Source: Actinomycetota bacterium (GTDB lineage: Bacteria > Actinomycetota > Actinomycetes > S36-B12). Taken from it: a stretch of DNA of 35,502 nt. Location: positions 1-35,502 of the forward strand of contig VGBQ01000002.1 in the NCBI GenBank assembly GCA_016870425.1. Reading direction: 5' to 3'. The position numbers were made by a program, and so were the translations under genes. This document shows, one piece after another, positions 9,841 to 18,816 of the stretch; the first letter of the stretch is position 1; every line of letters begins with the position of its first letter. The notes under the pieces were generated by a model. It was not told where the DNA came from. It ran no database searches and saw nothing but the letters and a program-made list of their open reading frames with translations.

Positions 9841-10256
9841 CCGGTCACCTCGAAGCCGATCATGCGCCACGACACCCCATTGCTGTTGCCGCCGTTGCCC
9901 GGGTCGCCGTAGAACCCTTCAGCAGCATGCTCGGCCGCAGCCCGGAAGAACGCCGCCGGATCGACCGGACAGTCGACGACCACATCGCCCTGCTCGACCC
10001 GGCGCAGCACCTCATCCTGCGCAGTTGCGGCAAGCGCGGCAAAACTGGTCCCGGTCGTCGCGCACGCCTCGGCCTCAAGCCAGTCGAGTCCGATGCGGTA
10101 ATCGTCGACCACGTGGCTCAGGTCCCCAGCGAATTGCCGGTCAAGGTAGTCACCGACTCCGGCCTCCCAGCCGCCCGGGAAGTCGTCGGCCGGGATGATG
10201 CGGTCGACGAGCGCGCGCAGCGTGTCCTGCTGAGCCTCCGTCAGCATGGACAACAT
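9837..10256 (-). CDS. Gluconate 2-dehydrogenase subunit 3-like small subunit
   Basis: 139 aa, starting LTEAQQDTLRALVDRIIPADDFPGGWEAGV..., typical of the small partner of GMC dehydrogenases. It is translationally coupled (ATGA) to the GMC gene. No twin-arginine signal is visible. Confidence 0.7.
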   Translation of the reverse strand: MLSMLTEAQQDTLRALVDRIIPADDFPGGWEAGVGDYLDRQFAGDLSHVVDDYRIGLDWLEAEACATTGTSFAALAATAQDEVLRRVEQGDVVVDCPVDPAAFFRAAAEHAAEGFYGDPGNGGNSNGVSWRMIGFEVTG

Positions 10257-10345
10257 CCGCGCACCCTCTGCCGCTCGTTCGTGGGGCTTTCGACTATCGC
10301 GATCGGGGCCGAGGGTAGCCCACGCCTGCCCACTAGCCTGTTGCC

Positions 10346-11572
10346 GTGCCCCAGCGCGTCATCGTCGTCGGAGCCGGCTTCGCCGGTCTCGCCTGTGCCG
10401 ATCGCCTGGTGAGCCTCGGATATGACGTCACCGTGCTCGAAGCACGTGATCGCGTGGGGGGTCGCGTGTGGTCACGGGAGCTGCTCCCGGGTCAGGCCGA
10501 CACCGTCATTGAGCGCGGAGCGGAATTCGTCCTCGAGGGCTACACAGCGCTGCTCGCCATCGCCCAGCGCTTCGGGCTCACCGCGGCGCCCTCCGGTATG
10601 TCCTACTACGTCCGCGAGCCGCGCAACGCCGCGGCGGAGATCTCCGCCGAGGAAGTGGCCGCGGCCGCCCGTGCCCTGCGCTCCGCCGCGCAGAGCACCG
10701 CGCGCGACACCTCGCTGCGCGACTTCCTCGCTGCGAGCGCCCCTGACTCCACGGCGGCCGAGGTGATGGCCGCGCGCGCGGCCATCAGTTGGGCCGCGTC
10801 GGAGGAACTCCTCTCGGCACACGTCCTGCTCGACTCCGTCGCCAGCGTGCAGCCCCTGCCAACCGCGCGCATCGCCGGTGGCAACCAGGGCATCGCCACA
10901 TCACTCGCCCGTCACCTCGGCGATCGAGTGCGCTTGCGCGCGCCCGTCTCAGCCGTGAGCGCTGACCATGCAGGAGTGCAGGTCAGGGTCGGCGGCGCGG
11001 CGATCGCTGCCGAGCGTGCAGTCGTCACCATCCCGCTCCCCCTGCTCGAGCACCTGGACCTGTCGCCGGGCATCTCGGACGCGCAACGCGATGCCATGGG
11101 CCGACTCGTGCGTGGTCATGCTGCCAAGCTCCACGTGCCGCTCGCTGCCCGACCGGCGACGAGCGCCATCCTCGACGTGCGGCGACGATTCTGGACCTGG
11201 ACGGCGACCGACGGGAGCGGGCAGGTGCAGCCGGTCGCGCACTGCTTCGCCGGATCTCCAGACGCGCTCGCGGGGCTGAGGGTGAGCGAGGGACCGGCCA
11301 CCTGGGCGGACGCCCTGCGCGTGCTGCACCCCGACCTCGACCTCATCGCCGACCAGGCCCTGGTGAGCACCTGGGACGACGACCCGTGGGCAACCTTCGC
11401 CTATTCAGGCCCGGGCGCCGCGACGCGCCCGGGAGACGAGGGACTCATCCGCGCTCCGCTGGGTCGGGTCCACATCGCCGGCGAACACACGGCGGGCGAC
11501 TGGGCCGGGCTCATGGAGGGCGCACTGCGCAGCGGAATCCGCGCCGCCGACGAAGTACACGCCGCGGCCTAG
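10346..11572 (+). CDS. Flavin-containing amine oxidase family oxidoreductase
   Basis: N-terminus RVIVVGAGFAGLACADRLVSLGYDVTVLEARDRVGGRVWS and a C-terminal FAD-contact motif (HIAGEHTAGDWAGLMEGALRSG). Confidence 0.82.
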   Translation: MPQRVIVVGAGFAGLACADRLVSLGYDVTVLEARDRVGGRVWSRELLPGQADTVIERGAEFVLEGYTALLAIAQRFGLTAAPSGMSYYVREPRNAAAEISAEEVAAAARALRSAAQSTARDTSLRDFLAASAPDSTAAEVMAARAAISWAASEELLSAHVLLDSVASVQPLPTARIAGGNQGIATSLARHLGDRVRLRAPVSAVSADHAGVQVRVGGAAIAAERAVVTIPLPLLEHLDLSPGISDAQRDAMGRLVRGHAAKLHVPLAARPATSAILDVRRRFWTWTATDGSGQVQPVAHCFAGSPDALAGLRVSEGPATWADALRVLHPDLDLIADQALVSTWDDDPWATFAYSGPGAATRPGDEGLIRAPLGRVHIAGEHTAGDWAGLMEGALRSGIRAADEVHAAA

Positions 11573-11609
11573 CCGCTTCGACCACACGCGGTGGCGACGG
11601 CTTGCGGTC

Positions 11610-13175
11610 CTACTGAGCCATGTTCAGGCCCGTGAGCCAACTCTTGAAACTCAACGGCGCGTCGACGCTGACGTAGAAGAAGTTGCGCCTCATGCTCTCG
11701 TCCAGGGCCTCGTTGTAGGCCTGGTCGGCCTGCCGGAAGGCATTCATGAGCACGTCGCGCTCGGCCTGGGTGTGCGAGGGCTTCGTGTGGAGGTCCAGCC
11801 GCTTAGCCTCTCTGATGGCCCAGAACTCGCCAGCGTCCTTCTCGGCTAGCACAAGTGCCTTCTCGCTGTACCGGCGCAGGAGTTGGTTGTTGGCCCGATC
11901 GCTGAGGATCTTGGAAGCCACGGAGTGACCCGCAATCACCATGCCGACCGCTGCGAGGGCCGCCGTAATGGCGCTTGCGGTCGTGCTGTCACCGGTCGTC
12001 CAGGTCCCGGCGACGCCCGCGATGGCTGCGGCGGAGCCCACCGCGAGCGTGCCGATCGCGGCAACCCTCGCCAGGGTGCTGGTGCGGACGTTGATAGTGC
12101 CCGTCGCGATGCCGCCAACCGCGGCCAGGACCGCACCGGCGACCCCGACCAGGTCCCACAGGCCCTCGCCACCGCTGAAGTCGGGCTTGTCGACCGGGTC
12201 GAAGGCGGGGAACTCCCCGAGCCACGGGTGGTAGGGGCGGGCACTCACCGTGATCGCGTGGTGACCCGCCACCGTCGGATTGCCCACGGCAGACTGGAAT
12301 CCATACGTCGTCCCCGTGCCGATGCCGGTGGTCGCACTCGACGGCGCGGCGTCCTCGGCCATGGGCTCGCCGTAGGGACCGAGCACTCCGGTCAGTCCAC
12401 CGCCCACGAAGGCGTCGTCGCGCGTCGTCGCCAGGGCAGAGCCGTAGAGATCGGTGTGCTCTATCGCGATCGGCTGCTCCGGGGTGAGGTGCGCCAGAGC
12501 GCCACCGGGCAGCGCGACACGGACGTCGAGCACGGCATCGCTGCCGTCAAGGATGAGAGTCGGCTGATCACTGTCTCCGTAGCCGTAGCGCGTCGTCGTG
12601 GTGCCCGCGGCGTCGGCGAAGGCGCGCTCCAGCAGCACGCCGCCGGCGGTGAGCATGGTGGTCGTCAGCCGGTCGGCATCGGTGGACCCCTCGGTGATCG
12701 TCGACAGCTGCGTGCCGTACCACCAGGTCTGCTCGAGCGGCACGGTGCCCGACAGGGCCGTCAGGCGACCCAGCTCGTCATACGTCGCCTTGGCGCGCTC
12801 GCCCTTGCCGGCCAGATGAGGATCGGTGGTCCAGTCCAGGCGACCGCGCTCGTCACGGCAGGTCTGGTAGTCCTTGCCGTCACGCGCCCCACCCGTGCGC
12901 TCGAGGTCGGCGCCGGCCCGCTGGGAGCACCCCTGCGGAGCCTTGCCGTAGGAGTACGACAGCGATCGATCCCCGCCTCCTGCGAGTGCGGTGACCCCGC
13001 TGGCCGCGAGCTCCGCTCCCGTCAGTCGCCCGGCAGAGTCATAGGTGTAGGACCACTTGTAACCGGAGTCCTTGTCGCCGCGCACCTTGGTCGCCACCAC
13101 GACGGTGATCAACTCGGCATCGCAGGTCGTCGAGGTGATCTTGGCGGACACGGATAGAGCCTCGTGGGCAGTCAC
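11610..13175 (-). CDS. Truncated RHS/YD-repeat protein with an uncharacterised C-terminal domain that looks membrane-associated. It may be a pseudogene or an orphan cassette.
   Basis: YD-type repeats are present (YTYDSAGRLTG, ATYDELGRLTAL, TRYGYGD), along with a degenerate RHS core-end motif ARPYHPWLGEFPAFDPV (aa 312-327). After that come three Gly/Ala-rich hydrophobic segments and a roughly 100-aa charged helical tail. There is no signal peptide and no N-terminal secretion or trafficking domain. Confidence 0.6.
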   Translation of the reverse strand: MTAHEALSVSAKITSTTCDAELITVVVATKVRGDKDSGYKWSYTYDSAGRLTGAELAASGVTALAGGGDRSLSYSYGKAPQGCSQRAGADLERTGGARDGKDYQTCRDERGRLDWTTDPHLAGKGERAKATYDELGRLTALSGTVPLEQTWWYGTQLSTITEGSTDADRLTTTMLTAGGVLLERAFADAAGTTTTRYGYGDSDQPTLILDGSDAVLDVRVALPGGALAHLTPEQPIAIEHTDLYGSALATTRDDAFVGGGLTGVLGPYGEPMAEDAAPSSATTGIGTGTTYGFQSAVGNPTVAGHHAITVSARPYHPWLGEFPAFDPVDKPDFSGGEGLWDLVGVAGAVLAAVGGIATGTINVRTSTLARVAAIGTLAVGSAAAIAGVAGTWTTGDSTTASAITAALAAVGMVIAGHSVASKILSDRANNQLLRRYSEKALVLAEKDAGEFWAIREAKRLDLHTKPSHTQAERDVLMNAFRQADQAYNEALDESMRRNFFYVSVDAPLSFKSWLTGLNMAQ

Positions 13176-13278
13176 ACGCCAAGACTAGGCAACGAGACCT
13201 GGGCTGGGAGACAGGTCGTGAGATACCCGAAGATTCACAGGCACGTCACCTGGGGCTCGCCGATGCGATACTCGCGCA

Positions 13279-14739
13279 ATGTCAGGCCGGGAGCGACAGC
13301 CGCGGGGCGTGGTCACGCTGGCTCTTGTGGAGATGTGGGAGCGCTTCTCCTACTACGGCATGGTCGCACTGCTCGTCCTGTTCCTCATCCAGCCCGAGGA
13401 TGGGCCCTTCCCACCCGGACCCGGCCAGGGCTTCAACGAGGCCGACGCGGCAGCGCTCTTCGGCGTCTACTCCGCCCTCGTGCTCGGCGCTCCCCTGGTG
13501 GGTGGCTGGATCGGCGATCGCCTTATCGGTCCACGTCGAGCGCTGCTCATCGGCGGGATCCTCATCGCGACGGGACACTTCGTGCTGCTCCTGCCGGGCA
13601 TCGCGGTCTTCTGGGCGGGCCTGCTCGTCATCGCGGCGGGCACCGGCCTGCTCAAGCCCAACATCTCGACCGTGCTCGGCCTGCTCTACGCCGACGGCGA
13701 TCCGAGACGAGACAGCGGCTTCTCCCTCTTCTACTTCGGCATCAATGTGGGTGCCTTCACCGCGCCACTCATCTGCGGGTGGCTCGCGACCGCCTACTCG
13801 TGGCGTCTGGCCTTCGCGGTGGCGGGAATCGGGATGGTGGCCGGCCTTGTCCAGTACGCGATCGGGCACCGGCGACTCGCAGACGCGGGCATCGCCGTGC
13901 CTCGCCCGGCTAGTCGCACCGAGCGCGGCCGCGCGCTGATCGCGGCTGTCGTCGCGCTCGCAGCCATCGCCACGGTCTTTTTCGTGGCCATCGCGGCAGC
14001 CGGCTTCAACGCCGGCACGATCTCCGCTGCCGTGACATTCGTCATCGTCGTGGTCGCCTGTGTCGCGTTCACACTGCTGCTGCGTCGGACGCCCGGTGTC
14101 ACTCCCGAGCGGCGGCACCTCCTGGGCTTCCTCATGCTCTTCATCGCGAGCGTTGTCTACTTCGCCCTGTCATCCCAGGCCGGCTCGACCATCACCGAGT
14201 TCACCCAGGATTGGATCGATCGCGGGATCGGCACCTTCACCGTGCCTACGAGCTGGCTCCTGTCGCTCAACCCCATCCTCGTCGTCGTCTTCGCGCCCGT
14301 CTTCGCCGCCCTCTGGACGCGCCTGGCCGCTCGCGCACCGACGACTCCGACGAAAGTGGCCCTGGCCATCGTGGGTGTAGGACTGAGTTTCCTCATCATC
14401 GCGATCCCAGGCTTTGCCGCGGAGGATGGGCGCACGTCAAGCGCCGGTTGGATCCTCATGACCTTCCTCGTGCTCACGTGGGCAGAGTTGCTCATCGTGC
14501 CCATCGCGCTGTCCACGACTACCGAGCTCGCCCCCTCCGGGCTGACCGGACAGCTCCTCGGGCTGTGGTACCTCGCCACGGCCGCGGGCGGAGCGATCGG
14601 TGGTCAATGTGCACGCCTGGTGGAGCCACTCGGCTTCGGTGGCTACTTCCTCGGCGCGGGCCTGACGGTGATGGCGATCGGCGTCGTCTTCGTCTTCTTG
14701 CGACCCCGGTGGTCGGCGCTGCTCGCGCCCGTGCGTTGA
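13279..14739 (+). CDS. POT/PTR2-family proton-dependent di/tripeptide transporter
   Basis: Signature EMWERFSYYGM near the N-terminus and GGWIGDRLIGPRR; multi-pass membrane protein of 486 aa. Confidence 0.88.
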   Translation: MSGRERQPRGVVTLALVEMWERFSYYGMVALLVLFLIQPEDGPFPPGPGQGFNEADAAALFGVYSALVLGAPLVGGWIGDRLIGPRRALLIGGILIATGHFVLLLPGIAVFWAGLLVIAAGTGLLKPNISTVLGLLYADGDPRRDSGFSLFYFGINVGAFTAPLICGWLATAYSWRLAFAVAGIGMVAGLVQYAIGHRRLADAGIAVPRPASRTERGRALIAAVVALAAIATVFFVAIAAAGFNAGTISAAVTFVIVVVACVAFTLLLRRTPGVTPERRHLLGFLMLFIASVVYFALSSQAGSTITEFTQDWIDRGIGTFTVPTSWLLSLNPILVVVFAPVFAALWTRLAARAPTTPTKVALAIVGVGLSFLIIAIPGFAAEDGRTSSAGWILMTFLVLTWAELLIVPIALSTTTELAPSGLTGQLLGLWYLATAAGGAIGGQCARLVEPLGFGGYFLGAGLTVMAIGVVFVFLRPRWSALLAPVR

Positions 14740-14860
14740 GCCGCAAGACATTCGGATATGTCAACGCCTCCTCCCGAACCAGATGAGAACGAAGGCCACC
14801 ACCCAGACAGTCGGCAAGGGCTCCTGACCGGTCCGGGCATCCCTTCGCCACAATGCGGCT

Positions 14861-15343
14861 ATGCCGATCCGAGATGCCACACCCGCGGACGTTCCCGAGA
14901 TCCTCGCGATGATCCGCGAGCTGGCCGACTACGAGCGCGCACCCGATGCGGTGGTCGCGACCACTGACCTGCTTCACGAGGCGCTCTTCTGCGAGTCACC
15001 GGCGGCCTTCGCGCTCATCGCCGAAACGGGGGGAGGTGAGGTCGTCGGCTTCGCCCTGTGGTTTCGGAATTTCTCCACCTGGATCGGCAGGCACGGGGTC
15101 TATCTCGAGGACCTCTACGTCCGGCCCGCCCACCGCGGACACGGATATGGCAAGGCCCTGCTGAGCGCTCTTGCGCGGATCGCCGTCGATCGGGGATACG
15201 GCCGCTTCGAGTGGTGGGTCCTGGACTGGAACACCCCGGCGATCGACTTCTATCGCTCCCTCGGTGCCAAGCCCATGGACGAGTGGACCGTGCAGCGTGT
15301 CACGGGCGACGCCCTGCGCCGTCTTGCAGCCGGGCCCGGCTAG
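14861..15343 (+). CDS. GNAT-family N-acetyltransferase
   Basis: 160 aa with the acetyl-CoA binding motif RPAHRGHGYGKALL and IDFYRSLGA. Confidence 0.85.
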   Translation: MPIRDATPADVPEILAMIRELADYERAPDAVVATTDLLHEALFCESPAAFALIAETGGGEVVGFALWFRNFSTWIGRHGVYLEDLYVRPAHRGHGYGKALLSALARIAVDRGYGRFEWWVLDWNTPAIDFYRSLGAKPMDEWTVQRVTGDALRRLAAGPG

Positions 15344-15792
15344 GCGTCGGGGCTCGACAGATGCCGCTGTGCCGACTCACCCGACTCGATGGCCGTCGTC
15401 GTCGAAGGCCAGAAGGCCGCGACGAGGCCGGCCACCGCTAGACACACCAGGACGATGCCCGCCCCCCGCTGCGGGCCCTCCTCGGCGGTCACGAGCGGCA
15501 CGCCGACGACCAGCGCGATGAACTGCCCGACGACGAGCATGCTGCGCGCCCACCGGCGCGACCGCCAGAGGCCGCGTGCAGCGAGGATGAGTGCCACGCC
15601 GAGGAGGCCGAAGATGGCAATCTCCAGCGTCACCGCGACGGGGTTCGAGACCTCTGCCGGTCCGGTGATGCCCAGGCGAGCGACCTGTACGGCGATGTAG
15701 ACGGCGTAGACGGTGAGTGCCAGTCCTTCGATCGCCGCGACCCCCGCGCCGACGAGCAGAGACACCGCGGGGCGCTCCCTGCCAACGGCCAT
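15340..15792 (-). CDS. Integral membrane protein of unknown function
   Basis: 150 aa with four hydrophobic segments. Its position between the GNAT and the DAG-kinase-like gene matches the conserved actinobacterial arrangement. Confidence 0.65.
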   Translation of the reverse strand: MAVGRERPAVSLLVGAGVAAIEGLALTVYAVYIAVQVARLGITGPAEVSNPVAVTLEIAIFGLLGVALILAARGLWRSRRWARSMLVVGQFIALVVGVPLVTAEEGPQRGAGIVLVCLAVAGLVAAFWPSTTTAIESGESAQRHLSSPDA

Positions 15793-15823
15793 CTCCCCAG
15801 CCTAGGGCGGCTAGGGTGCGTCC

Positions 15824-16777
15824 GTGCGCGGAGTCCTCGTGGTCAACCCACACGCGACTACCACGTCTCCGCGGGTCACAGACGTCCTCGTCCACGCGCT
15901 CGCCGACGAGGTGGACCTCACGGTGGTGCGCACGGAGCATCGCGGGCACGCAGCCCAGATCGCGGAGCGGGCGGCGGCAGAGGGTGCGCAGATCGTGTGC
16001 GTCCTCGGCGGCGACGGGACCGTGAACGAGGTTGTCAACGGGATGCTGGGCGACCAGCCCGCGCCCGCGGGGCCGTTGCTGGCCATCATCCCCGGCGGCA
16101 GTGCCAACGTCGCCGCGCGTGCACTCGGCCTGCCCGCCGACCCCGTGGAGGCTACCGGCGAGATCCTCCAGGCCCTGCGCGAGCAGCGCACCCGCACGAT
16201 CGGGCTCGGGCGCGTGACGATCACGCCCTGGGAAGAGGAAGCATGGGCACCGCGCTGGTTCCTCGCCAATGCGGGCCTGGGCATCGACGCGGAGATCATC
16301 GCCGCCATGGAGGGTGATCGCGCACGCGGTCACGAGGCGACGCCGACGCGCTACCTCACGACGACGATCCGGCAATTCCTGTGGCGCACCGAGCGTCGCG
16401 AGCCCGCACTGACGGTCGCGCTGCCCGACGGTGACGTCGACGGCGTCTTCCTCGCCATCGTGCAAAACACGTCCCCCTGGACCTTCTTCGGCTCCCTGCC
16501 CATCGCCCCCTGCCCCGACGCCTCCTTCGACACCGGTCTGGACCTCTTCGCGGTGCGTCGCATGGGCATCGGGACAGCGATGCGCCTGGCCCGTCGCATG
16601 GTGGCCGGCAGCAGGGCTGGATCGACCGCCCGCAGCCTCACGGTGGCCCATGACGTGCCACGCATCTCGGTCCGGACCTCGCGACCGATTGCCGTGCAGG
16701 TCGATGGCGAGGGCCTCGGAGACGCGGGCCGGGCCGACTTCTCCGCCGTGCCCGCGGCCTTGACGGTGGTCGCCTAG
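15824..16777 (+). CDS. Diacylglycerol kinase catalytic-domain family lipid kinase
   Basis: VLVVNPHATTT...VCVLGGDGTVNEVVNG (DAGK_cat GGDGT motif); GTG start at 15824. Confidence 0.85.
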   Translation: MRGVLVVNPHATTTSPRVTDVLVHALADEVDLTVVRTEHRGHAAQIAERAAAEGAQIVCVLGGDGTVNEVVNGMLGDQPAPAGPLLAIIPGGSANVAARALGLPADPVEATGEILQALREQRTRTIGLGRVTITPWEEEAWAPRWFLANAGLGIDAEIIAAMEGDRARGHEATPTRYLTTTIRQFLWRTERREPALTVALPDGDVDGVFLAIVQNTSPWTFFGSLPIAPCPDASFDTGLDLFAVRRMGIGTAMRLARRMVAGSRAGSTARSLTVAHDVPRISVRTSRPIAVQVDGEGLGDAGRADFSAVPAALTVVA

Positions 16778-17004
16778 CACCCCCGTGCCTGCACGGTGCC
16801 GGGCGTCGTACGCCGTCCTATAACCGGACAGGCAGGGGAATCTTGACCGGTCATGTGACCAAGGGAACAGGCGACGCGTCGATCCGTTATGCCGTTTCGC
16901 CTTGTGGGACGCCCCCCCGTCTGCGACCCTTAACTACCGGGCGCATTCCGGTCGCGTTGCCTCGCTCGCCCCCTAGCCTCACGGCTACGCCTCTTGGGAG
17001 CGTG

Positions 17005-17020
17005 CGTGAACGTCGTCACA
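17005..17020. promoter_or_regulatory. Candidate CRP/FNR-type binding site (cGTGA-N6-TCACa) upstream of whiB1
   Basis: CGTGAACGTCGTCACA lies 28-43 nt upstream of the whiB1 ATG, and the GTGA-N6-TCAC core is perfectly palindromic. whiB1 is a known CRP target in M. tuberculosis. The position relative to the transcription start site is unknown here. Confidence 0.4.
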
Positions 17021-17047
17021 AGCACGGGGACTCGGTGAGGAGGAAGC

Positions 17048-17302
17048 ATGGATTGGCGCCACGATGCTGCCTGCCGCGATGTGGATCCCGAGCTCTTCTT
17101 CCCCATCGGCAACACCGGTCCAGCCCTCCTGCAGATCGAGGAGGCCAAGGCCGTGTGCCGTCGCTGCGACGTCGTTGACGAATGCTTGCAGTGGGCTCTC
17201 GAGACCGGCCAGGACGCCGGGGTCTGGGGAGGCCTGAGCGAGGACGAGCGCCGCGCACTCAAGCGACGCAACGCCCGCCTGCGTGCGCGCAGCACCGCCT
17301 GA
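17048..17302 (+). CDS. whiB1: WhiB-family Fe-S transcription factor, WhiB1 orthologue
   Basis: MDWRHDAACRDVDPELFFP...CRRCDVVDECLQWAL...GVWGGLSEDERRALKRRNAR has four Cys, the GVWGG turn and a basic tail. It is near-identical in pattern to Mtb WhiB1 and sits next to pdtaS as in Mtb. GAGGAGG is the Shine-Dalgarno sequence. Confidence 0.93.
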   Translation: MDWRHDAACRDVDPELFFPIGNTGPALLQIEEAKAVCRRCDVVDECLQWALETGQDAGVWGGLSEDERRALKRRNARLRARSTA

Positions 17303-17309
17303 CGCCTTC

Positions 17310-18734
17310 CTAGGAGCCGGGCGCAACGGGCACATCGGGCACGGCCATCCGCGCGGAGCACCCCCCGTCAACCGACGCCGACAGCGCGAACGTGCCGCGC
17401 AGGTCCTGCTCGATCAGAGACCGCACGATCTGGAGTCCAAGTCCTTCGGTCATGGGCTCGGGCAGTCCGCGACCGTCGTCGCGCAACTCTACCTCGATGG
17501 CATCCCCCGATCGCGAGGGCGTGACGATGATCGTCGTGGCGTGCGCATGCTCAACGGCGTTGTGGAGGAGTTCGGACACCGCCATGGCGAGCGGGCTGGC
17601 GACGTCGGTGGCGATCACGCCGACAGATCCCTCCCGATTGATGCGGACGTCCGGTGCATAGGCGGCGGCAAGGTCGCGCTCCACGACGATGATCCGGTCC
17701 ATCACCGCATCGAAGTCCACGCGATCCCCCGGCTCCTGGGCGAGCACCTCGTGAATCGCGGCGATGGCGGCCACGCGCCGACCCGCCTCGGCCAGCGCCT
17801 CCCGCGCCTCGTCAGCCGTGACCCGGCGCGATTGCAGCCGCAGCAGGGCGCCCACTGTCTGGAGGTTGTTCTTCACGCGATGATGCACTTCCCGCAGGGA
17901 GGCGTCCTTGCTCAACAGCGCCCGCTCGCGCCGACGCAGGTCCGTGATGTCGCGGATGAGCACGATGGCTCCCTCGGATCGGCCGCCCGGATCCAAGGGC
18001 AGGGAGCGCAGCGTCACGCACGCCGATGGGTTCTCGACCTCAGCATCCGCGGCGATCCGACCCGCGGCAGCCAGCGCGAGCCCCTCATCGACCGGGCCGG
18101 GGCGGTGCCACAGGCGCGTGACGACCATCGACAGGTCGGCGTCCTCCAGCGTCCTCGCCAGTCCCAGACGACGGAAGGCCGACACGGCATTGGGACTCGC
18201 GAACACCACCCTGCCCTGCGCATCCACGCGCATAAGCCCATCGCCCACGCGCGGCGGAGATGCACCCGACGACCAGTCAGCATCACGGGGTGGGAATCCT
18301 CCCTCACTTGCCATGACGAGCAGCATCTCGGCGAGCTCCCGATAGACCTCCTCGAGTCGCCCTGATCGCCGGGTCGCGGTGTGGCGGTCGATGACACCCA
18401 CGACCCGGTCGCCCACATGCACGGGCACAGCCTCGCCGCCGTCCGGATCCGACACGATGCGTCCCGACGCCGCCGCTCGATCGAGCCCCCGATGGCGTCC
18501 GCGAGGCACGAAGGTGCCGACGATGTCCTCCACGACGGCCGTAGGCGCGGTCGACGGGCGCACGAGCGCGGCAGCAACCCAACCCCCGGCGTTCCAGGTC
18601 GGCAACCACAGCACCAGGTCGCTCATCGCGAGGTCCGCCACCAGCGCCCAGACCCCTATGAGGGCCTGCAGGTGCTCGACCTCGGCCGGCGCGAGGTCGG
18701 TGCGCTCGTCCGCGAGACGGTCAAGACTCCCCAT
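17310..18734 (-). CDS. pdtaS: GAF/PAS sensor histidine kinase PdtaS
   Basis: Aligns end to end with my memory of Mtb PdtaS: LIRDITDLRRRERALLSKDASLREVHHRVKNNLQTVGALLRLQSRR, then the ATPase domain. I trimmed the 592-aa ORF to ATG 18734 (MGSLDRLADERTDLAPAEVEHL), which matches the PdtaS N-terminus. Confidence 0.88.
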   Translation of the reverse strand: MGSLDRLADERTDLAPAEVEHLQALIGVWALVADLAMSDLVLWLPTWNAGGWVAAALVRPSTAPTAVVEDIVGTFVPRGRHRGLDRAAASGRIVSDPDGGEAVPVHVGDRVVGVIDRHTATRRSGRLEEVYRELAEMLLVMASEGGFPPRDADWSSGASPPRVGDGLMRVDAQGRVVFASPNAVSAFRRLGLARTLEDADLSMVVTRLWHRPGPVDEGLALAAAGRIAADAEVENPSACVTLRSLPLDPGGRSEGAIVLIRDITDLRRRERALLSKDASLREVHHRVKNNLQTVGALLRLQSRRVTADEAREALAEAGRRVAAIAAIHEVLAQEPGDRVDFDAVMDRIIVVERDLAAAYAPDVRINREGSVGVIATDVASPLAMAVSELLHNAVEHAHATTIIVTPSRSGDAIEVELRDDGRGLPEPMTEGLGLQIVRSLIEQDLRGTFALSASVDGGCSARMAVPDVPVAPGS

Positions 18735-18816
18735 GCTCGCGCAGGCTAGGCCGTCGCCCGGGGCCTGCGACGACCGGGATGCCGACCGGTAGCCTGCCGG
18801 GATCGAAGGGAGTCCC

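Noticed and set aside
15795-15815. Direct repeat CTAGGG-N4-CTAGGG in the 31-bp divergent intergenic region between the membrane protein gene and the DAG-kinase-like gene.
   Set aside because: It is very short, and one copy may simply be part of the ribosome-binding or start region. There is no second line of evidence for an operator.
16835-16870. GGAAT followed by TTGACC, GACCGGTC and TGTGACC elements far upstream of whiB1, considered as a possible SigH promoter or second CRP site.
   Set aside because: GGAAT is not followed by GTT at 18 nt. The CRP-like element has only one good half-site. Without a mapped transcription start this cannot be distinguished from chance.
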